NCBI RefSeq assembly: GCF_006345805.1
Contig: NC_043021.1
Location: forward strand, 16,430,001-16,494,000
Source: Octopus sinensis
Taxonomy: Eukaryota
DNA: 64,000 nucleotides
Direction of reading: 5' to 3'
Part shown: positions 52,824 through 64,000 of the stretch, one piece after another
How positions within the stretch are numbered: position 1 is the stretch's first letter
How the letters are laid out: every line of letters begins with the position of its first letter
The notes under the pieces: model-generated
Told to the model about the DNA's origin: nothing
The model's input: the letters and a program-made list of their open reading frames with translations, nothing else
Databases searched by the model: none
Position numbers and translations under genes: made by a program

Positions 52824-53048
52824 TTCTTTATTACCCACAAGGGACTAAACATAGAGGGGACAAACAAGGACAGACAAACGGATTAAGTCGATTACATCGA
52901 CCCCAGTGCGTAACTGGTACTAAATTTATCGACCCCAAAAGGATGAAAGGCAAAGTCGAGCTTGGCGGAATTTGAACTCAGAACGTAACGGCAGACCAAA
53001 TACGGCTACGCATTTCGCCCGGCGTGGTAACGTTTCTGCCAGCTCGCC
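52824..53048 (-). mobile_element. SINE family B, young
   Basis: Inserted into an older + strand family B copy beginning at 52678. Confidence 0.85.
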
Positions 53049-53974
53049 CACCCACCCTCGGTGTAATCGGCTCCACTCCAACCCTCACCCCGAAATTGCT
53101 GGCCTTCTGCCAAAATTTCAAACCAATATAATATGTATCCCTTCTTAAACATGGACATTCTATTGTAAACAAACTTTATACTGTGACAGTTGCTATGAGA
53201 GAAACTCTCACATTGGCTTTTTGGTTCAAAATGCTCTTTGGCATTTTTATGTCTCTAGCAATATAAAAAAAAAAAGCCAGGGTGAGAATTTCTGTCATGG
53301 CAACTGCCACAGGAAAGTTTGCTCTAATAAAACATCCATGCTTAAGTGGTTAACTAACACTGCCTCTGTTGCCAATGTATATTTTTTTAACACGCCTATG
53401 GGGAATGTATCTGAGGACTCTAACCTCCATCCACTGACGACCCTCCTGGGTTGGGGATAGAGGGGGGAGAAAATAGAGCGGGTGGTGGGGCAGAACTGAT
53501 GTCAGTATTATATTAATGTTTGTTTTATTGACTCTGGTTGACCTCTCAGATCTTTGAAGACACAGTGGTATGGGTGGGTGGGGTGGGGGTCTGACTGAGG
53601 AGGGTGGTGGTGGTGGTGTCACTAGCAGAGAGGGAGAGAGAAAAAAAGAGGGAGTCTAGAGAGAGGATTGTGCAACTAAGATGACAAGGATAATGGTATG
53701 TGTGTGTGTGTGTGAGAGAGAGAAGGACAGACAGAAAGAGGTGTGTTTGGGTGTACAAATGTGGGAAAAAGAATTTGGAACATGAAGGAACTTCCGCAAG
53801 GGGAGGTGCTTAGCCAATATCATTGACCCTAGTACTCAACTGTGGGACACCTTGGGCAAGTGTGTTCTATTATAGCTTCAGATCAACCAAAACCTTGTGC
53901 ATAGATGCATAGATTTCATCATCATCATCATTTAGCATCATGGAAACTGAAAGAAGCCCATCTTATATATATAT

Positions 53975-54125
53975 ATAGTTGGAATTTATAGAAAAACAAA
54001 AGATGAAGACAGGTGTATAAAGAACAAGCAGGTGTATTAATTTGATGCTCAGGAAAGTGAGAAAGTCTTTTATATTTCGAGCCTATGCTCTTCAACAGAA
54101 ATAAACATGGGGAAATAGAGAGAGA
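53975..54125 (-). mobile_element. Hammerhead-motif repeat, copy 5 (motif 54066-54102)
   Basis: Minus strand reads TTT-CTGTTGA-A-GAGC-ATAG-GCTC-GAAA-TATA-AAAGA. Confidence 0.55.
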
Positions 54126-54989
54126 AAATTTTTTAAATTGTGGATTTAGTGATCAGTTATAGCAACTGATTATATATATATATATATATCTGTGTGTGTG
54201 TCTTTATGTCTGTGTTTGTTTCCCATCACTACTTGACAACTGGAGTTGGTGTGTTTATATCCCCATAACTTAGTGGTTCAACAAACGAGACTGATAAAAT
54301 AAATAAAGTCCTGGAGCCAATTTGTTTGACTAAAAACCCTTCAAGGCAGTGCTCTAACATGGCCGCAGTCAAATGACTGAAACACGTAAAAGAAAAACAG
54401 AATATGTGTGTATGTTCATAGATAGCTCTGGATATAGATGTTATACTCACAAACATAAACACATGTATGCATGTATTTTGTATTGAAATTAAACTAATCT
54501 GGTTGAGTAATTTTTAACAAGCTTCGATCATCTTTCATCCAATTAACTGACATTAAAATTTCTTTCAATCCAACTCTTTGGTTGACCTGTTTAAGCAAAC
54601 CAGGTATTGTATAGGCCCAACGTCTGCTTCAGTAGAGCAAATCTACGGCACTAGCTGTCGATTGTGATGGTAGGATGAATTTTGAAAGAGATTTAGCTGC
54701 TAATTCTAGCTGGTCAGACTTCCATTTTGAGCTTTTGACACTGACATAAAAATTTTATTAAAGAAATACCAATGTCTTGATTGTTTATCTGGGCCACTCC
54801 TACGCCCATGTCTTATTTCTGACTATCAACAACAGACTGCCAATCGACAAACACTTACAGCTATACAAACATTGTCGTGGAGCCTGTTGTTAAACTAGTT
54901 TAGGGAAATGCATTGTTTGTTTTCATGTGTGGAAGTTAACATGAATTACCTATCCATTAGTATCAAGTTTATCATATTTTTGTTGTGTG

Positions 54990-55025
<36 letters not shown>

Positions 55026-55044
55026 CATCATCGTCATTGTTTAA

Positions 55045-55266
55045 CCCATTAGCATTTAAACCGGCCATATCCGGCCAAAAGTATTTTGCTTGTTTTATGT
55101 TCAAACTGGCCATATCTGGTCTCTCACACCAACCCTACAATCTCATCTTAAAAATTAACAGCTACCTCATCAAAATCTCATAGCTACAAGATTAATGAAC
55201 GATTTGTTCAAAACAATGTGGATAAAAAAGGATTAATTTTGGCAGAATAATGCGAACACTAAAGGG
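55045..55266. mobile_element. piggyBac-like MITE
   Basis: TTAA|CCCATTAG...CTAAAGGG|TTAA. Partial copies end at 30251, ~32905 and 48779. Confidence 0.8.
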
Positions 55267-55452
55267 TTAATGTCTGTCTTCCATGCATGGGTAGGATGGT
55301 TGTCAGGAGCTGGCTAGGTAGAAAACTACCTCAGGCTACTGTGTCTGTTTTGTTAGTGTTTTTTGCAGCTGGATGCCCTTCCTAGCACCAATCATTCTGC
55401 AGAGTAGACTGAGTGCTTTTTACGTGGCATCTGCACCATTTTATATCTACCT

Positions 55453-55670
55453 TCCATCATCATCATCATAATCATCATCATTGTTCAACCGTGGTCGAGA
55501 CAATGGAATTTACCATGCTACGCCAGACTTCACGGTCCATCATAGCATTACGGAGGTCCTGTTGCTAGATGCCTGTATCCCTGGAGATTACATCAGGGTA
55601 GGAGAGTGTGCGCCCTCTGGTATTGCGAGTAGATGGCTTCCAGAGGAGAAGAGTAGAAATTGCATGCTAC
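55453..55670 (-). mobile_element. RTE-clade LINE 3' end with (TGA)n tail
   Basis: LLWKPSTRNTRGRTLSYPDVISRDTGI*QQDLRNAMMDREVWRSMVNSI. Confidence 0.8.
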
Positions 55671-56059
55671 CTTCCATGCTACCATGGTTTGACAGAATTT
55701 GATGCATTGGATGATAGTGTTATGTTCTGTGATCTCTGTTTTGGTATGATTTCTGCAGCTGAATGCCCTTCCTAAAGCCAACCACTTCGAGTGTGTTGGG
55801 TGCTCCCCCCCCCACCAACACCCTCACTTATGAGAACACCTTGTAACTGGCATGACTAAAGAACCAGACCCCTACAAGAAGAAATATGAGAAAGAGTGAT
55901 ATTCACCTCATTTCTCTCTAGGCTTTGCATATCCCCTGCATTCAGTGCATAGTATGCACTACTATGCAGTATAAAACATAAGCATAATAGAATCTGCCTC
56001 TCTCTGTGAGGGGGAGGCCCTTTGTTCCCAGCAGAGGCAGTAGCTCTCAACTTTTCCCA

Positions 56060-56510
56060 CATTTTTACTTGTTACAATACTTTCCCTGTATCTCCCCTAT
56101 TGCTGATTCGGTCACCTACTTAACAAAAACTATTGGCTACTTCTAAGCAGTCTTCTGAGCAGTGACAAGAATCTATTTTCCTGCACTTAGTGCTCCTGTA
56201 CACCTTGGTACATACAAAAGTTATTTTCTGTTAACCTGCCTGTGATCCTCCTACAACTTTTGTGTATCCATTGTTTACATTGGGCTCACTGTATGGAGTT
56301 TCTACCAACTCTTTTTCTGCATACCAAGTAGAACATTTCCCTGATGGCATCAGATTCCTATCATTTCTATTTATCGTGACTTTTGTCTTGATTAGGTTTA
56401 CTTAAAGATCCGTCCATTCCAAGTTTTACTTTCATGTTTGGTATATTTTCTCCTGTTCTTCCACTTTGATAACATCACCAGCATACAAGAGTCCCCACTG
56501 ACAGCCAGTC
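56060..56510 (-). mobile_element. Degenerate RTE-like ORF2 fragment with a Cys-rich (PHD-like) segment after the YADD-like motif
   Basis: WGLLYAGDV...VNLIKTKV...VCRKRVGRNSIQ*AQCKQWIHKSCRRITGRL with stops and frameshifts. Confidence 0.7.
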
Positions 56511-58057
56511 TTAAACACCTCTGTATTGGTTAGGGAAGGATTATAATAAACAGGAGAGGGATGAGGAACTCCTGCCTGCATGCAGAATTCGAGTCAAACA
56601 TAAAAACTTAATGGGGCGGAAATATATCCCCCTAAAAAAATCATATTGATTCAGATTTGACATGTATAACTAGCTTTGCTCTTTTACTTGTTTAAGTCAT
56701 TTGACTCTGGCTCTGTCTTGAAAAGGTTTACTCCAACAGTTCAACTCCAGTACTTTCATTTAAGTTAGGTATTTATTTTGTTGGTCTCTTTTGCCTAACT
56801 GCTAAGTTACAGAGACGTAAACAAGCCAACACCAGTTATCAAGTGGTGGTGGTGGGGGTGGACAAACAAGCACAAAGACACACTTAGGTGCACACACACA
56901 CATGCACACACACACACACGTGTGTGTGTACAGTTGTGGCTGTGTGGTTAAGAAGCTTACCTCTCAGTCATGTGGTCTTGGGTTCAGTCCCATTGTGTGG
57001 CACCTTGGACATGTGTTTTCTAACATAGTCCTGGCCCAAAACTGAAAAGAAGCCTAATTGTGTGTGTTTAGTGCTAAAAGACGAATGATTTATCTCAAAG
57101 TTAATAATAGTAATTAAGTTAAAACAAATAGGTAATAGCACATAATTTGATAAATACATAATGGTTTATACTATGTGATGTAATTAATAATAATGTTGTT
57201 GCCTAGTAATTAGTTGATGTGGGGTTTGGGTTATACTAACGAGTGAGTGGATTCATCTGGTATAGCGGAATTTGGAGTCTAGAGAACCAAGGAAGGGTCT
57301 GTAAATATCTGACAGTCACCTTTAAAAAAATATATATAAATAAATAAAACTAGCCACTTGAATTTTGAGAGTGACCCCAAAACAATTTTTTTCTATTTTG
57401 CCAAAATTTCTCTTGGAAGCCTTTTACCTGTCCATGAGATGGGTTTGTTTCTCTTTGAAATGTCTAATTGGTCTTTGATCCTTTGCTTGCCCTTGTTCTC
57501 CTCCTCATCATCATTAAACGTCTGCTTCCCATATTGTTGTTGTTGTTAAGCAACAAGACTGGTAAGGGTGATTAGGTGATGGTCTAGGGCTTAGGGGCGG
57601 GAGACCCCGACCTTGGAAAAAAAACAAACTTTGGTGGTCTTGTAGTTGAGGGCTCTTCGTTGACGCCTGACACCACTGGGAGGTGGCCCTTGAAGTCGCT
57701 GGAAATGGAGATCTCCAGGTCCAAATTCTTGAACGGCTGCTTTCCATTCTGGTATGGATTGGATGGTTTGACTGATGGTGAGGGCTGCACCAGGTTCCTA
57801 TCTGATTTGGCAGGGTTTCTATGGCTGGATGCCCTTCCTAACACCAACCACTCTGATAGTGTAGTGGGTGTTTTTCATGTGCCACCAGCAGCCTGGGTGC
57901 CATTGACCTAATAATGCACTTTCCCAACTATTTTCCATCACCAAAGTAACTTGGGACTTTTGAAAAGAAACCTTTACATTACTCAGAACATACGAAACAA
58001 AACCTAACTAAAAGTTTGACAACAAGCATGGATGTTTAGGACAAACATATGAAAATG

Positions 58058-58445
58058 ACTAGCAGTATCGCCCGGCGTTGCTCGGGTTTGTTTCGACCCT
58101 TTAGAATTGGAATTTTTGAAAAGTAAAAAATTTGCATTATGTAGCTTGTTATTCTCTTTAAGTGAACATTTTTCTGGTTGAAATACACCAATAAATGGCG
58201 ACACAGCAGTCAAAAAATTGTTAAAAAATAGGGATTTTCATAGAAAAAAAGCACCTTTTTGATGTAAATAATTTTTGGTGTTAACACGGTCCAATTTGAA
58301 TTTTTTCAAAGAGCAAGCCTTCTTCTATCATACTCTCAATTTTGGTCAACTTGTGCTGCAGGGTCTCGGAGGAGATAGTATTAGTTGAAGGCTACCAAAC
58401 CTGCCATACACACACAGAAAACTTCAGCTTTATATATAGAGAGAT
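58058..58445 (+). mobile_element. Helentron-associated (HINE/DINE-1-like) non-autonomous element
   Basis: 5' actagcag...cccggcgttgctcggg hairpin and 3' ttcagctttatatatagagagat end; family assignment from recalled end structure. Confidence 0.6.
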
Positions 58446-58534
58446 TTTGGATAGGTAAAAGGTTAAATATTTGATATCGTTTATGAATTCTGCCTGTGTA
58501 CTTTAATACATTGGTGTCTTGTTTTGATTTCCAG

Positions 58535-58649
58535 GGCTTCGATGCCAGCCAGCTTTTTACCATTTTCCTATACATACATGAATGCCTTTGTCTTGGCATT
58601 TGGAGTTTGGGGAATTGTCAACCAGGAATCTACAGATGCCATTAGTATG
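58535..58649 (+). CDS. AGTRAP: AGTRAP homolog, coding exon 3 (ASMPASFLPFSYTYMNAFVLAFGVWGIVNQESTDAISM)
   Basis: ttgatttccag| acceptor, 115 nt, ATG|gtaagt donor. Aligns to human SYAWANFTILALGVWAVAQRDSIDAISM. Confidence 0.93.
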
Positions 58650-58777
58650 GTAAGTTAAAAGTCAACAACAATTTTATGCCTTCATTTTATCTCTTGCACT
58701 TGACAGTCGGTGTTCTGTTATCTGGCAGAAGCTGAGTTCAAATCTACCTTCGGTCACTGTTTGAAAACAAATGATCT

Positions 58778-59002
58778 TCACTACTCTTTTACTCTTTTAC
58801 TTGTTTCAGTCATTTGACTGCGGCCATGCTGGAGCACCGCCTTTAGTCGAGCAAATCGACCCCGGGACTTATTCTTTTGTAAGCCCAGTACTTATTCTAT
58901 CGGTCTCTTTTGCCGAACCGCTAAGTGACGGGAACGTAAACACACCAGCATCGGTTGTTAAGCAATGTTGGGGGGACAAACACAGACACACAAACACACA
59001 CA

Positions 59003-59048
<46 letters not shown>

Positions 59049-59208
59049 TACGACGGGCTTCTTTCAGTTTCCGTCTACCAAATCCACTCACAAGTCTTTG
59101 GTCGGCCCGAGGCTATAGTAGAAGACACTTGCCCAAGGTGCCACGCAGTGGGACTGAACCCGGAACCATGTGGTTGGTAAACAAGCTACTTACCACACAG
59201 CCACTCCT
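58778..59208 (-). mobile_element. SINE family A, young
   Basis: Full length, in AGTRAP intron 3. Confidence 0.9.
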
Positions 59209-59473
59209 GAGCTTATTTTTCTTTAGATTGTGGCTCAATTCATTTTATCAGGGGTTCTCCTGAACCCTTACCAATATTTTACAGACAATTTCCACCACTA
59301 TCCTAACTTCAATCAACATTTATTCTATCATCATTATCATTTAACATCCATTTTCCATGCTGTCATGGGTCGGATGATTCCAAAGAAGCTGGTGAGTCAG
59401 AGAACTGCAGCTAGTTCTACAGTTTGCTTTGGCATGGTTTTTCTTTAGCCAGATGCTCTTCCCAATAATAATA

Positions 59474-59614
59474 TAAGGTTGTCCCAAAAGTTCGTAGAAA
59501 GTCTTGGAAAATAATGGTCTTTATTTTGAGGAATAATTTTTGTTGTTTTTGTTAGTACTTGGCGAGTAAAAATTCAATTTTCGCAAGTGTTTACGAACTT
59601 TTGGGACAACCTAA
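59474..59614. mobile_element. Tc1/mariner-type MITE
   Basis: TA TSD; about 23-bp TIRs taaggttgtcccaaaagttcgta and tacgaacttttgggacaacctaa. Confidence 0.85.
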
Positions 59615-59661
59615 TAGTTGACTTGCTTCATTAATAGATATTTATCTCGTTCTCTTTTCAG

Positions 59662-59755
59662 TTTTTAATATTGAAAATATTTACTATAATTCAAGACATT
59701 GTTTTCTTGGGTATCTATCAACCAAGGGCCTATGCAGATAATGGAAAATCTTCAG
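59662..59755 (+). CDS. AGTRAP: AGTRAP homolog, coding exon 4 (FLILKIFTIIQDIVFLGIYQPRAYADNGKSS); gene continues beyond window
   Basis: tctcttttcag| acceptor, phase 0, aligns to human FLGGLLATIFLDIVHISIFYPR. Probable GC donor CAG|gcaagt. No next exon found before 64000. Confidence 0.85.
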
Positions 59756-59776
59756 GCAAGTATAATTTAATATCTT

Positions 59777-60172
59777 TTACTCTCTTTACTCGTTTCAGTC
59801 ATTTGACTGCAGCCATGCTGGAGCACTGCCTTTAGTCGAGCAAATCGACCCCCAGGACTTATTCTTTGTAAGCCTAGTACTTATTCTATTGGGATCTTTT
59901 TGCTGAACCGCTAAGCTACGGGAACGTAAACACATCAGCCAGCATCGGTTGTCAAGCGATGTTGCAGGACAAACGCAGACACACAAACACACACACACAC
60001 ACACATATATATGACAGGCTTCTTTCTGTTTCCGTCTACCAAATCCACTCACAAGGCTTTGGTCGGCCCAAGGCTATAGTAGAAGACACTTGCCCAAGGT
60101 GCCATGCAGTAGGACTGAACCCGGAACCATGTGGTTCGTAAGCAAGCTACTTACCACACAGATGCTCCTGCG
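59777..60172 (-). mobile_element. SINE family A
   Basis: Begins about 20 bp after the exon 4 donor. Confidence 0.85.
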
Positions 60173-61015
60173 TAATCTGCAAGTTAAGAGTGAAGAGTGA
60201 ACATTTTCTGCCTTGTATTGGCTATAGAAAATAGCCTAATATTAGGGCATATAAACCCCTGAGAGAAACAAAAAGAGCATTATTGCACACATACGAATGC
60301 CCTTTTTTCCTTTCTCATCAGGGGTTTATATTCTCTTACAGATTATTTTCTGTAGTCTAAATACAATGAAAACGTATTTATAAAGATATCTATATATTTC
60401 AGTTTATTCTTGTCTAACAAGTACCTTGCTCTGAAATGGCATGTTGAAACAAACCATTCTTCACATGGGAGCAGTGTTTTAATTATTTTAAAAACATGTA
60501 AAAAAAATTTGGGGGGTGGGGAATGACAAAATTTTCATTGCTGTGACCAGTTTGTAGTTATGCAACAAAAATATCAACATCTCATAAAGTAAATTGAAAT
60601 TAATTGAAATTAAAATAAATTGACAATTTTTGTGTATCTTTCAGGTTTAGTTCCACTGCATTACACTTTGGTCAAGTGTTTTCTTCTGTAGCCCTGGGCT
60701 AACCAAAGGCTTGTGAGTGGATTAAATAGACAGAAACTAGGAGAACCTCATCATACATATATATGTAGTGTGTGCTCTTGTCCTGACATCATACAATGGT
60801 TGTAAATGAACATCACTGTCATACAAGTGAGGTTTCCAGTCTACTGTGAAAAACATGTGGGGCCATGAGGTTATACTACTACCTTACTTGGAAACAGGTG
60901 AGGGTGCAACAAGAAGGGCATCCACTGCAGATAATTTGTCTCAATTCCATCAGACTCATGCAAGCGTGGAAAAATGCACAATAAACAGAATGATTATATA
61001 TATATATATGGGTAT

Positions 61016-61190
61016 ACGAGGGGGTGTTGAAAACTTCCTGGTTTTAAGGGTATCGTGAAAGGCCTGGTTAGAGGCCCAAATTTCTGACCTCTTTTACAGG
61101 GCTTAGGAAAACTGAAGGACCACTGCAATAAGTGTATGAATTTGAGAGGGGAATATGTTCAATGAAATCATAATTAACTGATCCTTCTGT
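61016..61190 (+). mobile_element. Mariner deletion derivative
   Basis: TA|CGAGGGGGTGTTGAAAA left end and a gggaatatgttcaatgaaat mariner-like 3' segment. Confidence 0.55.
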
Positions 61191-61230
<40 letters not shown>

Positions 61231-61423
61231 CATGTGTTTAAAATTCTTTAACAAGAATGGCTTGACAGTAATTTTGAAATTTCAGCTTGCTAAGGCATCA
61301 TGAGACTATCCAATGGTGGCTTGGCTGACTTAAACTTCAAAGTCACTATCAGTACAATTCTTATTAGAGAATAATAAATCTGTACTCTACAAAAGTATGA
61401 AGTAACCCTTCAGATTAAAGGCA

Positions 61424-61850
61424 TGTAGAAAGCGCCATTTGAGCATGGCCAATACCAGTGCCACCTGACTGGTAGTTGTGCTGGTGGCCCATGAAAAGCA
61501 CCATATTCATGCATGGCCAATACCAGCGCTGCCTGACTGGTACTTGTGCTGGTGGCCTATAAAAAGTGGCAGTCGAGCATGGCCAATGCCAGTGCCACCT
61601 TACTGGCACTCATACTGGTGGCATGTAAAAAGCACCATTCAAGTGTGGCCAACGTGGGTGCTGCCTGACTGGCTCCTGTGCCAGTGGCACATAAAAAGCA
61701 TCCTCTACTCTCTCAAATTGGTTGGTGTTAGGAAGGACATCCTGATGTAGATACCAAATCAGATTGGAGCCTGGTGCTGCAGTCTCCTGCCGAGCCAGTC
61801 CTCAGTCAAACCATCCAACCCATGCCAGCATGGAAAGACAATGATGATGA

Positions 61851-61853
<3 letters not shown>
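61424..61853 (+). mobile_element. SINE family D with internal ~55-60-bp tandem units
   Basis: Repeated aaaagcaccattc...gccaataccagtgc...ctgactgg units, then core and atg tail. Confidence 0.75.
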
Positions 61854-61887
<34 letters not shown>

Positions 61888-61890
<3 letters not shown>

Positions 61891-62136
61891 GTAATATAAT
61901 ATGTGACAATTATTCAATAGCCAAGATAAAACTCTGAGTTTCGGATGCTGAGGTGGAAATCCACAACACCATCTTGGTTAACCGAAGAGATGGTGTTGTG
62001 GATTTCCACCTCAGCATCCGAAACTCAGAGTTTTATCTTGGCTATTGAATAATTGTCACATATTATTTTAGATAAATTTCCTCTATTTACATAATATTGA
62101 GGTCGCTTTCTTTCTTTTGTTATCTTAACGTTTTTA

Positions 62137-62178
<42 letters not shown>

Positions 62179-62437
62179 ATATAATATATCTGTAATATAA
62201 TATGTGACAATTATTCAATAGCCAAGATAAAACTCTGAGTTTCGGATGCTGAGGTGGAAATCCACAACACCATCTTGGTTAACCGAAGAGATGGTGTTGT
62301 GGATTTCCACCTCAGCATCCGAAACTCAGAGTTTTATCTTGGCTATTGAATAATTGTCACATATTATTTTAGATAAATTTCCTCTATTTACATAATATTG
62401 AGGTCGCTTTCTTTCTTTTGTTATCTTAACGTTTTTA

Positions 62438-62441
<4 letters not shown>
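61888..62441 (+). mobile_element. Two tandem 301-bp copies of a palindromic Penelope-like element with a hammerhead-like motif
   Basis: Copies offset by 301 bp; each has ~75-bp inverted arms. Motifs at 61977-62037 and 62278-62338. Confidence 0.65.
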
Positions 62442-62482
<41 letters not shown>

Positions 62483-62487
<5 letters not shown>

Positions 62488-62665
62488 ATCCAAACAAGAA
62501 AACACAAAAAACACAACAACGCGAGGATGTGGAACAAATATAGTATTATTGGACGCTCAGGGAAGAAGGAGGGCTTAACGTTTCGAGCGGAGCTCTTCGT
62601 TGGAAACATAGGAGAAGGGAAGACAGAGGAAAAGAAATTGCCAACGGTACACACGAGGTCACATT
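62483..62665 (-). mobile_element. Distant relative of the 17780 hammerhead-motif repeat (motif 62573-62607)
   Basis: Minus strand reads GTTT-CCAACGA-A-GAGC-TCC-GCTC-GAAA-CGTT-AAGC and shares cctgagcg...aatac downstream. Confidence 0.5.
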
Positions 62666-63037
62666 TTGAAGTGTGTGTGTATATATATATACATGTGTGT
62701 GTGTGTATATATATATGTATGAGCTTGGTGCAGCCTTCCAGCATGCCATCCCAGTCAAACCATGTAAAACAAACGATAGAGAAAAAAAATGGAATACACG
62801 GGAAACTTTATTGCTCGCAAAGATCGTTTCAACACCTCCCACACCGATCCCTCGCAGGTGGGAAACTATACAGCTAGCTGTGGTGCATCCCACAGCGCAG
62901 ATGCATCTCGTCAGGTGTTGTAATAAGGGGTATCTCGTTAAATGAACTACGCTTCACTCGGATTTAATACATGTGTCTGTCAGCTAAGGCTGTTGGTCCC
63001 ATGCATTGTATATATTGCCGCTGAGATAATAGAAGCA

Positions 63038-63479
63038 GGATATTTTCGGTTTGAACGGCAGTTTTTAACATAATTTCTACATAACTAAAAAATTTTAAAC
63101 TTCGTACACTGGTAGAATGTGTTTAGAAAACATCTTTTGCTCTTGGCTTTATTGAGAAAATTCCATAGTTTGTAAGATATTTGTTGGTTTTTTTTTTTTC
63201 TTCAATTTCTGCAATTTTAACCAATCAGTGATGTCTATTGAGTTAAAAAGCATTCTGTGCCGTATGAATATGTCCCTCGTTTAAGAAACAGATTGGGTTT
63301 ATTTACATTTCTGAAGCAAAAAAAAAAGATACCCTTACCCCCACCCCTAACCCTAACTCTAACTAACCCTAACCCTAAAACAGATTGAAATGCAATAGAT
63401 CGATTCTAGGGTCATAATTATGAGTGACAATTTCATATGACACCGCTAGAAAAAACTGCCGTTCAAACCGAAAAGATCC
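63038..63479. mobile_element. Merlin-like MITE (442 bp) with ~29-bp TIRs and 8-bp TSD
   Basis: ggatattttcggtttgaacggcagttttt and aaaaactgccgttcaaaccgaaaagatcc; perfect TSD tagaagca (63030-63037, 63480-63487). Merlin call inferred from GG termini plus 8-bp TSD. Confidence 0.8.
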
Positions 63480-64000
63480 TAGAAGCATCCCATTGTGTTT
63501 TGGGTAGCTTTATACTCTTGTTGAGTTCCCATAGTGCAAAACCTGATGTCCATGCTGACTTCCATGTCAAATGAAAGCCAAAAGGAAAATACGTTTGGCA
63601 TAGCAGAACTCCCTGGTTAGCCCAAAATGTTCATTCATATTATAACCTGGCGAGGGAACAGACTACCTATACATCTACCAACCTACTGCTTCCATTCACA
63701 ACTGATACCCTGTTTAAAATAAACGTTTTCAGTACTGATAGACCTGTCTGTTCCCCACCGCCTCTCCACATCCCCCATTTATTTTCTATGCTATATTTTG
63801 TACGTGTTCTGCCAGCTTTTTGCTTTATTATTATTATATTATTATTATTATTAGTAGTAGTAGTAGTAGTATAGTAGTAGTAGTAGTAGTAGTTTTTCTT
63901 CTTCCTTCAATTTTATTTCTATTTCTTGCTGAATGTCTTCCCAACATGTAAGGCAAAGAAACTCATTGTATTCAATGACAGGCCATTTAAAATAAACACA

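Overview
AT-rich eukaryotic DNA dense in microsatellites and SINEs; the repeat families look cephalopod/octopus-like (inference from remembered Octopus SINEs, not a search). One protein-coding gene is well supported: a + strand AGTRAP (ATRAP) homolog with four coding exons (13054-13080, 50844-50878, 58535-58649, 59662-59755), a 37.8-kb first intron and a probable GC-AG fourth intron; it continues beyond the window. Spliced product so far: MEPPQVSLK-VIVIVHFILTVW-ASMPASFLPFSYTYMNAFVLAFGVWGIVNQESTDAISM-FLILKIFTIIQDIVFLGIYQPRAYADNGKSS. The rest is tRNA-derived SINEs, CR1 and RTE LINE fragments, hAT, mariner, piggyBac-like and Merlin-like MITEs, a Helentron-associated-type element and microsatellites. 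Almost all supplied ORFs are simple-repeat or TE artefacts. The most notable unexplained signal is three small repeat families carrying minimal type-I hammerhead-ribozyme-like motifs (one copy with a canonical core, others with A6U or U4C cores), several in inverted or tandem arrangements as in Penelope-like elements and retrozymes. Also notable: a tandem array built from an RTE 3' end, a fully palindromic MITE, candidate alternative AGTRAP exons and a CpG-depletion boundary near 27 kb. Ribozyme folds were made by eye. Repeat coordinates are approximate except where TSDs or splice sites are given.
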